Below, piece by piece: positions 48,985 through 57,405 of a stretch of 64,000 nucleotides of DNA; position 1 is the stretch's first letter; every line of letters starts with the position of its first letter. The position numbers and the translations under genes were made by a program. Origin of the DNA: an uncultured Fidelibacterota bacterium (GTDB lineage Bacteria; Fidelibacterota; Marinisomatia; Marinisomatales; UBA1611); contig CAJWHW010000003.1 in NCBI GenBank assembly GCA_913040915.1, positions 1-64,000 of the forward strand, read 5' to 3'. A model generated the notes under the pieces. The model did not search any database. It had not been told where the DNA came from and worked only from the letters and a program-made list of their open reading frames with translations.

Positions 48985-50158
48985 GGTATCGATATTCTGC
49001 TATTTTATTTAGTAGTTCTTGTCCAGCACCGACCTGATTTCCAATTGCATAAATCAATGTATCATGAGGCAAATCAATTAATGTATCTACAACAGTATCA
49101 AAATTATCATTCAATCCAATTATTTGTACTTTGGTACCTGGGGAATGGTGCAATAATCTTTGGACAGTATTTTCCACCTTATCACCTCTGATAATGAAAT
49201 GGTCAGGTTTTATCTCTTCAAGTGTCAATTCAATCATTTGGCGCGTACGAATAGGACGGTCGTCACGGGAATTAAAAAAAACACAGGTGCCTCCTTCAGC
49301 GGGATAACGGTCAATAATAAATTTCCATATCTGCAAAGTTGAAACGGGGTCATTAGCAGCCATACCATTAATAAATTGAATTCGTTTATCGTCCTTATCA
49401 AGGTACCATGCTATCAGAGCTCCTAAATCTGGCTTAACCTTGTGCATACCAGATAAAGCAATATCTCTGTCAACACCAACTTTAGTACAGACATCCAAGG
49501 CTACTGCCACGTTCGCTGGATGTTCCATATAGCTGAAATTGTCTAGATCTTTTAGCGTAATTTGTGTTTCATCTGACTGAATAAATTCTGTGTTATTAGC
49601 TGCGGCAACATTTTTTAGTATTTCAGGTTTTTGCTCTTCTCCTGTTATAAGTGTTCCGCCTACTGGAATAGTATTGCATAGAGAGTATGCTACATCATCT
49701 TCAGTCGGTCCCATTTCATCTAGATGGTCTGGACGTACATTAGTAATTACAGCTATATGTGATTGAACCATTTGATGCTCAGCTATCCACTGGTATTGAG
49801 GCTGTACTGCCATGCATTCCATCACAACTGCATCAGGTTTTTCATCTGCGAAATAGCTTAATAGTCTTGTTTGTTCACCTATGGACGGTAGACGCAAGCG
49901 ATGTATGATTCTGTCCTTTCCTTCAGCGTCAATAACTCTAGGTGCCGTGCCTGTAGTTTTTGCAAAGGTTCGGATACCTGCTTCACGAAGTCCCGCTGCT
50001 ATTAACCTTGTTACACTCGATTTTCCCCGGGTTCCATTAACATGGATTCTTAATGGGATAGCGGCCAAAGACCGCATATGATATTGAAATTCAAGAATTC
50101 CCGCGATGCATAAAGCTAATGCCAATGCACCGAGTACAATCAAGGGAGTGATGGACAT
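48977..50158 (-). CDS. pgsB: Poly-gamma-glutamate synthase PgsB/CapB (Mur-ligase fold)
   Basis: IHVNGTRGKSSVTRLIAAGL, AKTTGT, ECMAVQP, TNVRPDHLDEMGP, AANDP. Confidence 0.95.
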   Translation of the reverse strand: MSITPLIVLGALALALCIAGILEFQYHMRSLAAIPLRIHVNGTRGKSSVTRLIAAGLREAGIRTFAKTTGTAPRVIDAEGKDRIIHRLRLPSIGEQTRLLSYFADEKPDAVVMECMAVQPQYQWIAEHQMVQSHIAVITNVRPDHLDEMGPTEDDVAYSLCNTIPVGGTLITGEEQKPEILKNVAAANNTEFIQSDETQITLKDLDNFSYMEHPANVAVALDVCTKVGVDRDIALSGMHKVKPDLGALIAWYLDKDDKRIQFINGMAANDPVSTLQIWKFIIDRYPAEGGTCVFFNSRDDRPIRTRQMIELTLEEIKPDHFIIRGDKVENTVQRLLHHSPGTKVQIIGLNDNFDTVVDTLIDLPHDTLIYAIGNQVGAGQELLNKIAEYRYHG

Positions 50159-50183
50159 ATAAGATTAGAAAAACCCTCCGGAT

Positions 50184-53100
50184 TTACTGGTACCCCAATA
50201 CCATCCGTATCAACGCAACCATGTCCATTACATTCACTAAACCATCTCCGTTGATATCACCAAAATATTCATTCACTAAGCCTTCATTACCAAGATTGTA
50301 GTCAACTAATAAGAGCACATCTTGAACATTAACTTTTCCATCATAATTCAAATCTCCAGCAAGACGTATTGTACTCCCACGAGTTGTAATTAATAATGCT
50401 TTACCATCACCTAATTCCATAGCTGCTGGATGATACTCATCATTGAATGTATATTGTAATCCAACAGTCATTGTTTGATCTTCAATCCCAACAGTACAAT
50501 AATTACCATGAATCTGGTCCCAACTATAAGCACCATAAGATGTATTATTAAAGTCCATATATTGTATAAGAATATCACCATCACCTGTTGGTGTAGAATA
50601 GTATTCAGGATCGAATAAAACTGCTTGGAAGGTTTCAGTCGAATTATTCTGATATGTTCTGACTCTTGACCATTGGATATAAAACCTTTTTTGATCCTCA
50701 TCGTACCAGGTATAAACGCGACCATTATTGGTTAATTTTAAATCATCCCAAAAGACAGCAATCATTCCACCGGGACCACCAACACCAGGAATTTGATAAT
50801 TGCGAAAAGATTCTAAAGTAGACTCGCCCATAGCAATCCACCCGTTGGAACAGATACTTACCTGATCATATTCCTGACCATAAAATTTAAATGTGAAGGG
50901 CAAATTTATTGTCTCTACATCATCTTGGTTATTCCCACCATCCGTTAGGGATGATAAATGAGTACCACTTCCTCCATATCGTCCATCAATTTCAATCCAA
51001 TTATATGTAGGAGATATAGTATATCCAATATCACCACTGTCATATATGTAATATCCATGGGCATCCGGACCAACCGGATCTAATACTGTTGGTTCACCGA
51101 TCTGCACTTCAACAATAGAGTTTGACGTATACCCTTGTTCCGTTTCTATATTAACAATAAAATGGACAATCGCTCCTGGTATTGTTTGTGCTAAAGCTCG
51201 TACCTGAAAATAATCATTACCATTGAGTGAAGAGCCACCAATGGGTACGGTTGTCCATGTGCCGAATGGATCCAAGATTTCTATAAATGGGGATGCACAT
51301 GTAATTGTCCCCGTCACAGCGATTGCATTTGTCGTTCCAGAATTTCCTAATTCAATTTTAATAAAGGAAGTTTCACTAGGTGTCAAAATATCAATTGCAG
51401 ATCCAATCACATCTATATCAATGGCATTTATATTATTTCCAGAAACATTTACATTCAATGCACCAGTAGTTGTGTTTCCTTCGATATCATAAAAATTTAT
51501 TAAAAGATCTAAGTTCGAACCTTCCTGTAAACCTTCTTCTAATGTAATTATAAATGGTGTTGGCGCATTCACAGTATTACCTACTGCAATGGATCCATAA
51601 TTAACTGTGGCAGATTCTATCATCACGCTACTAGATCCACTTGTAATAACTCCATTAATATTACCAGCATCATCACTACCAAAGTTTGTGGCGCTCACAA
51701 ATATTTCTAGTGTTTCACCACCATTAGCAATACCATCTCCATTTCCACTAGATGCACCATAATTATCATCATCAATAGTAAGCGTTGTTTGTAAAAGATT
51801 GACAGCAACTCCTGGATCATAAATCTGGAAAGAACTTTGATAAGGATAGTGATTTTTCTTGGTTACCGTAATTAATACTTCCCCTGTTTCTGATGATGTA
51901 ATTGGTAGACGAATAAATCCATTATCATCAGTATAACCTGATTCAAAAATTTCTCCATCCTTAAGTATTGTAACCCACGCATCTTCTAAAGCGCCATTAC
52001 CCTTGGTAACAGTAACATCTATAAAATTCGTACCCTTGGCTAAAGAATATAGATGTTCAACCGTTATTTGATCTGGGTAACTAGTCCACATGGGCAATGA
52101 TGACTCCCCCATCAGATTATTCCAATGTGTAAAAATATGACAATAGTTATCTGGATTAGTTGGATAATTTTTATACAGTTGCATTTTCCCATACATTAAG
52201 GCTGCACCTACTGTCTCAATACCTTCAATCAATGCCCCATAATAAAAGCCCATATCCACCATGTTATTAAACATTGTATGGGTCCCCAATGTAGCCGTTC
52301 CAATACATGCGACAGATCCTTTTGGATTTGATGATGTACCTGCTCGTATGAAAGATTCAATCAGAGCTTCTTCACTTCCAAACGAACCGGTTCCACAGGT
52401 AATAACTGTTGCCACTGGTAACATGAATCCGTTATTTGTATTATTAACATTTCCAGAAGTAAAACCACTGACACCATAATAGCCACGATAATTAAAAAAG
52501 GAAACACCTTCTGATAGTCCGGCCTGCATTTGATTGGCAAAAGACCCGCTGTAAACAGTGTTAACTTCTTCAAAACCTGCTACATCTAGCATTTCATGGA
52601 TCATTTCATTGCTGATCACACAAGAAACACCAGAAGTAGTTGGATCTCCAACTAAGCAGGCTCGTTGAAACCAATTGTCTCCCAAGTAAGGATTAGATTC
52701 ATAATTAAGTGTTTTACTTATTATTGTAGCCAGTTCAGAACTTGTATCAAATGATAGGCGGCCTAAAAACACTTCCGGAAATTGATCATTCCCTTCCAAG
52801 GTTGAGTATGGATGATCCCCATCACCATTATAATATGACCATGAATCTGACCATGTAGGAATGTCGTAGGTTCCTTCTGCATCACCTACAATGGTAACAA
52901 ATACAGGTGGGTTATCCCAGTCTTCATAGGCATCTTGAATATATGCCTTCAAATTATTTCTATTATTTACAATGGCAGAAGTGTTTATATAATTCACTTC
53001 ATACCCAACACGATTTTTCCATTCCATTAATTCTTCAACATAATTCATCATTGAAGTACTTAGATTATTAGGTAACACGTAGAGGATTGCTGGACGCTGG

Positions 53101-53765
53101 TAGTCAACATTTCTACTTATTGTTGAATAATTTACTACCAAGGATTTATATAGATCTTCAAATGCACGTGATTTTTTTTGAGGGATAAATGGCTCAGTCA
53201 TCATGCCATTTTCTACAAGTTCAACTTCTACACTATGGATGATTGACAACTCTTTTGTAACAGGGTTGTATTGAAACGGCGTGACTGAGACTTGGACCAT
53301 GGTCAAATCACGAAAAATTATTGGTTCAGATACCGTTGCTATTGATGACGGATAAATACTGTCTCTTTCATAAGAGCGGCCTTTAGTAATCTTTCCTGTC
53401 AAATTAGGGTCCCAACTCTCAAATGGACAAACATCAATATTGTTTAATGTTTCAGTTTCTTCAATATTAACCTGTACTGAATAAGATTTTCCTGGTTCTA
53501 CAGCATAAAATGTTGAAACTGTAGGCAAATATGGTTCCCCTGGATTAGCTATAGATCCTGCATTTAGCATTTCTGGTTTTATAAAAACGGATCCATCTTG
53601 CTCAATTTGTTTTAATTCATATCCGGGCATCTCATAACGAATTTTCTTGCCTTGCAATGATGAAATATCATTAAAACCATCATAGACCACTGGTGCTGGG
53701 TTTTCTGCAGCATAGCCAAAGGTTACCGCTACCATGATTACAAGTTGAATGCGAATTTTTGTCAT
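50184..53765 (-). CDS. Peptidase C25 family protein with propeptide-like N-terminus and C-terminal dockerin type I domain
   Basis: GEPYLP...PFQYNP propeptide; IVGD, PEVFLGRL, FNYRGYYG, ITCGTG, NLMGE; twin GDLNYDGKVNVQD / GDINGDGLVNVMD. Confidence 0.85.
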   Translation of the reverse strand: MTKIRIQLVIMVAVTFGYAAENPAPVVYDGFNDISSLQGKKIRYEMPGYELKQIEQDGSVFIKPEMLNAGSIANPGEPYLPTVSTFYAVEPGKSYSVQVNIEETETLNNIDVCPFESWDPNLTGKITKGRSYERDSIYPSSIATVSEPIIFRDLTMVQVSVTPFQYNPVTKELSIIHSVEVELVENGMMTEPFIPQKKSRAFEDLYKSLVVNYSTISRNVDYQRPAILYVLPNNLSTSMMNYVEELMEWKNRVGYEVNYINTSAIVNNRNNLKAYIQDAYEDWDNPPVFVTIVGDAEGTYDIPTWSDSWSYYNGDGDHPYSTLEGNDQFPEVFLGRLSFDTSSELATIISKTLNYESNPYLGDNWFQRACLVGDPTTSGVSCVISNEMIHEMLDVAGFEEVNTVYSGSFANQMQAGLSEGVSFFNYRGYYGVSGFTSGNVNNTNNGFMLPVATVITCGTGSFGSEEALIESFIRAGTSSNPKGSVACIGTATLGTHTMFNNMVDMGFYYGALIEGIETVGAALMYGKMQLYKNYPTNPDNYCHIFTHWNNLMGESSLPMWTSYPDQITVEHLYSLAKGTNFIDVTVTKGNGALEDAWVTILKDGEIFESGYTDDNGFIRLPITSSETGEVLITVTKKNHYPYQSSFQIYDPGVAVNLLQTTLTIDDDNYGASSGNGDGIANGGETLEIFVSATNFGSDDAGNINGVITSGSSSVMIESATVNYGSIAVGNTVNAPTPFIITLEEGLQEGSNLDLLINFYDIEGNTTTGALNVNVSGNNINAIDIDVIGSAIDILTPSETSFIKIELGNSGTTNAIAVTGTITCASPFIEILDPFGTWTTVPIGGSSLNGNDYFQVRALAQTIPGAIVHFIVNIETEQGYTSNSIVEVQIGEPTVLDPVGPDAHGYYIYDSGDIGYTISPTYNWIEIDGRYGGSGTHLSSLTDGGNNQDDVETINLPFTFKFYGQEYDQVSICSNGWIAMGESTLESFRNYQIPGVGGPGGMIAVFWDDLKLTNNGRVYTWYDEDQKRFYIQWSRVRTYQNNSTETFQAVLFDPEYYSTPTGDGDILIQYMDFNNTSYGAYSWDQIHGNYCTVGIEDQTMTVGLQYTFNDEYHPAAMELGDGKALLITTRGSTIRLAGDLNYDGKVNVQDVLLLVDYNLGNEGLVNEYFGDINGDGLVNVMDMVALIRMVLGYQ

Positions 53766-53773
53766 AAGAGCCT

Positions 53774-54418
53774 CTAATATATGATCAATAAGTGAAAAAA
53801 TCCCGGGTAATAAATACTGCCCACATAAACACCAATACCTGATACGGCTAAAAATGGTGCCATTGGCAATGCCCGATCTTTGTCAAAGTCTTTCACCAAT
53901 GAAACGGCTAACCATGTAAATAAACTCAATAGTGAAGCAGAAAATAGCGTTATTGCCATTCTCATAGGGCCTAACCATGCTCCAAGTACAATTCCCATTT
54001 GAATATCACCATATCCCATCCCTTGTCTTTTAGTAACCATCTTCAGAAGTAACATTATTATCAGAGGAATAACTGCACCAACGAAAATTCCCCAAAGCGC
54101 TGCAGTAATATAGGTTAACTTAAGTAAAACATTTACAATTATACCGATGACACCCAGAAGGATAAAAATCAATGGGATTTGAAATGTGTAAAAATCTATA
54201 ACTCCGATCCCCACAAGCAATGTGGAAATAAATGCAAAAATAATCGCTTCACTTAGGGGCAGGCTTAGGAAAGCCCATATCCAGATTAAACTACACATTA
54301 ATTCTAGAAGAATATTTTTTGGTTTAATGTGATACCCATCAATACTTAGCCAATTAATGGTTTGTTTCAATCCAAACCCCGATAGGCATCCACAAATTGT
54401 TGTTAAAAGTAATTCCAC
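53774..54418 (-). CDS. pilD: Prepilin peptidase (A24), short form
   Basis: Catalytic Asp motifs IDFYTFQIP and GMGYGD; LPMAPFL. Confidence 0.8.
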   Translation of the reverse strand: MELLLTTICGCLSGFGLKQTINWLSIDGYHIKPKNILLELMCSLIWIWAFLSLPLSEAIIFAFISTLLVGIGVIDFYTFQIPLIFILLGVIGIIVNVLLKLTYITAALWGIFVGAVIPLIIMLLLKMVTKRQGMGYGDIQMGIVLGAWLGPMRMAITLFSASLLSLFTWLAVSLVKDFDKDRALPMAPFLAVSGIGVYVGSIYYPGFFHLLIIY

Positions 54419-54420
54419 TT

Positions 54421-55668
54421 CTACAGGCCGGATTGCAGCGCAGCACCCATGTGAAAAACAGGTAAATATGTCAGGACAACCATCAACGCTAAAATAGCAC
54501 CCACCATCAGGATTAATAATGGCTCAATTAAGGTGGTCATTCTCTCTACCAACGCATCTACTTGCTTCTGGTAGTAATCAGCGGCGCGATCTAGCAAATC
54601 ATCTAATTCACCGGTCTCTTCACCAGTGGACGCTAATTGTAACAGTATTGATGGGAATACTTCTGTACGACGGAGAGCTGTTGAAATATTATATCCATCT
54701 CGTATGTAATCAGATGCATCTTCAACAGCTTTTTCATAGACACGGTTATCAACAACTTTTTTCAATAATGCTGTGGATTCTAAAACAGGTACACCAGCAC
54801 CAATTAAAATTCCAAAAGTCTTACAAAATTTATTTAGTATAGATTGTTCTAATAATACTCCAAATACGGGGACTTTTAGTTTAAATGAGTCAATTACAAA
54901 TCCACCACGTTGAGTTTTAGAAATCAACCATATTATAAAAACAACAATGAATCCCATAAAGATCATAAATCCAGCATTAGCCTGCAACCAGGCACTTAAA
55001 TCAATCATTTTACGTGTGGCCAGAGGTAGTGACGCTCCTAGAGTTGCATATACTTCAGAAAATTTAGGAATGATAAGTAACATCATGACAAGAAGCATTA
55101 CGCCAAGAAAAACAACCATAAAGATTGGATAGCTCATGGCTGATTTTACCTTTCGTCGTGTATCATCTAGACTTTCTAGATAGGATGATAATTGTTCTAG
55201 TATTTCATTTAGGTTACCACTTACTTCACCAGCTTTCACCATGGCGACAAACAAAGTATTGAATACACCGGGATGTCTTGATAAAGATTCGGAAAGATTA
55301 AGACCCTTTCTGATATTTTCACTGACAGTGGTTAGAATTCGTTTAAACTTTTTGTGTTTTTCTTCAGCTCCAAGACTATGTATAGCTCTTTCAAGTGTCA
55401 AACCAGCAGCAAACATTGTTGCTAACTGGCGTGTGAAAAATACAATATTTGAAAGTGGAATTCTATTCTTAGCTCTTTCAATTGAAAGTTGTATCTCATC
55501 TATAAATGGTCCTAAAAAATCAAATGAATCATCCACTTCCTTCAATGTGATGACCATTTGGCCATTTGCCGATAATTTTTGAATGGCTAAGTCCAGAGAG
55601 TCTGCACGTATTTCCCCTTCCTTACGCTGTCCTTCTGAATTTTTAGTTAAATATGAAAAAATAGCCAC
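54421..55668 (-). CDS. pilC: Type IV pilus/T2SS inner-membrane platform protein PilC/GspF
   Basis: FTRQLATM, AGEVSGNL, AMSYP, GEETGELD, LIEP, YLPVF. Confidence 0.93.
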   Translation of the reverse strand: MAIFSYLTKNSEGQRKEGEIRADSLDLAIQKLSANGQMVITLKEVDDSFDFLGPFIDEIQLSIERAKNRIPLSNIVFFTRQLATMFAAGLTLERAIHSLGAEEKHKKFKRILTTVSENIRKGLNLSESLSRHPGVFNTLFVAMVKAGEVSGNLNEILEQLSSYLESLDDTRRKVKSAMSYPIFMVVFLGVMLLVMMLLIIPKFSEVYATLGASLPLATRKMIDLSAWLQANAGFMIFMGFIVVFIIWLISKTQRGGFVIDSFKLKVPVFGVLLEQSILNKFCKTFGILIGAGVPVLESTALLKKVVDNRVYEKAVEDASDYIRDGYNISTALRRTEVFPSILLQLASTGEETGELDDLLDRAADYYQKQVDALVERMTTLIEPLLILMVGAILALMVVLTYLPVFHMGAALQSGL

Positions 55669-57386
55669 TATAAATCTTCAACTGTTGATCTCATAACTTC
55701 TTCTATAGATGTTGTACCATCCAAAATACGTTCTAACCCAGCTTCCCTCAGTGTTACCATTCCATTATCTAAGGCAGCCTGTCTTATATCATCTTCATTA
55801 GCATTTTCAAAAACAAGTTTTCTGAGTTCTCTTGCCATTGGTATCATTTCAAAAATTGCTAATCGTCCCTTGTAGCCCGTATTACGGCATTCTGTACACC
55901 CTTTTCCATGGTAAAGCGGCCCTTTTATACGGCTTGATTCTAAGCCAACCAATGCTAATTCTTCATTTGATGGTTTATATTCTTCTTTGCATGATTTACA
56001 TATACGCCTTACCAAACGCTGGGCCATAACCAGATTTAAACAAGAACCAACCAGAAACGGTGCAATTCCAATATCAAGCAAACGTGTTAATGTTCCCGGA
56101 GCATCATTTGCGTGAACCGTTGAAAAGACTAAGTGACCAGTCAGTGCAAACTTTACCGCAATATCCGCTGTTTCACCATCACGGATTTCGCCAATAAGCA
56201 ACACATCAGGATCTTGACGCAAGATTGAACGCAGCGTTGAACCAAATGTAAGTCCAATATCTTCAAATACCTGTACCTGGTTCACTCCATCTAACTGGTA
56301 TTCCACTGGATCTTCAACAGTAGTTATATTAGTACGTTCACTTTTGATCTCTTTTAAAGCAGCGTATAGGCTTGTCGATTTACCGGAGCCTGTTGGGCCG
56401 GATACCACAACCATACCGTAAGGCTGATTAATTACCTTTTTAAAAACCCCAAGATTTCTTTTAGGAAAACCTAATGAAGTTAAATTGAAATCAAATCCAG
56501 TTTTATCTAAAAGACGCATTACAATCTTTTCCCCATAAACGGTTGGCAGTATTGAGACACGAACGTCGAGCTCTTTTCCGGGAGACTTTATTGAAAATCT
56601 ACCATCCTGGGGTAATCTTTTCTCTGCAATATTTAATTTTGACAGAATCTTAATTCGGGTTACTAAACCACTTAAGGATGTGACTGGTGGTGTCATAATC
56701 GTCTGGAGTACACCGTCAATGCGAATTCGTACATAAAGCTGTTTTTCCATAGGTTCAATATGCACATCTGTCGCACGCTCTTTAATGGATTCCTGTAAAA
56801 TCAAATTAACTAACTTTACAATAGGAGCATCTTCTTCTGAAGCTTTGTCCGGAGATAGATTAACTTCTTCTTTAGAGCCTTCATCACCAGAGATAACTGT
56901 AATATTGTCTAATACATCACTCACTTCTGCAGTTTTTTGGATCTCTCCATAAACTCTATCGAGCGATTTTTCCATCATGTCATGACCACAGACAATAATA
57001 TCAGGATTAAGGTTTGTTAATCGCTTGATGGAATCAATAGCCACTAAATCTTCAGGATCTTCCATGGCAACGGTAATTGCTGAATCATTTTTGTTTACTG
57101 CCAATACTCTGTTCGTTCTGGCAAAATCTTCAGGTATCATGGCAGCAATATTGGCATCGGCTTCCAGTAAAATAAAGTTGTCTGCTTTGCGGTATCCTAA
57201 CTGTTGAGCAAAAGCCGTTACAAAATCATCTTCTTCAATGATACCCATCTCAATAAGAGTAACGCCTATTTTTTCATTAGTTGATTTTTGTTGTGCTAAC
57301 CCTTCATTTAATTGGCCTTCTGTGACTTTTTCATTATGAAGAAGTATCTCACCTAATTTTGAAAATTGTGGGTTAAAATCATTCAT
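55668..57386 (-). CDS. pilB: Type IV pilus assembly ATPase PilB/GspE
   Basis: MshEN-like N-terminus, RLPQDGR, GPTGSGKS, TVEDPVEY, LRQDPD, CKSC/CTEC zinc motif. Confidence 0.93.
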   Translation of the reverse strand: MNDFNPQFSKLGEILLHNEKVTEGQLNEGLAQQKSTNEKIGVTLIEMGIIEEDDFVTAFAQQLGYRKADNFILLEADANIAAMIPEDFARTNRVLAVNKNDSAITVAMEDPEDLVAIDSIKRLTNLNPDIIVCGHDMMEKSLDRVYGEIQKTAEVSDVLDNITVISGDEGSKEEVNLSPDKASEEDAPIVKLVNLILQESIKERATDVHIEPMEKQLYVRIRIDGVLQTIMTPPVTSLSGLVTRIKILSKLNIAEKRLPQDGRFSIKSPGKELDVRVSILPTVYGEKIVMRLLDKTGFDFNLTSLGFPKRNLGVFKKVINQPYGMVVVSGPTGSGKSTSLYAALKEIKSERTNITTVEDPVEYQLDGVNQVQVFEDIGLTFGSTLRSILRQDPDVLLIGEIRDGETADIAVKFALTGHLVFSTVHANDAPGTLTRLLDIGIAPFLVGSCLNLVMAQRLVRRICKSCKEEYKPSNEELALVGLESSRIKGPLYHGKGCTECRNTGYKGRLAIFEMIPMARELRKLVFENANEDDIRQAALDNGMVTLREAGLERILDGTTSIEEVMRSTVEDL

Positions 57387-57405
57387 AGAATATTTCCTTT
57401 CAGTA

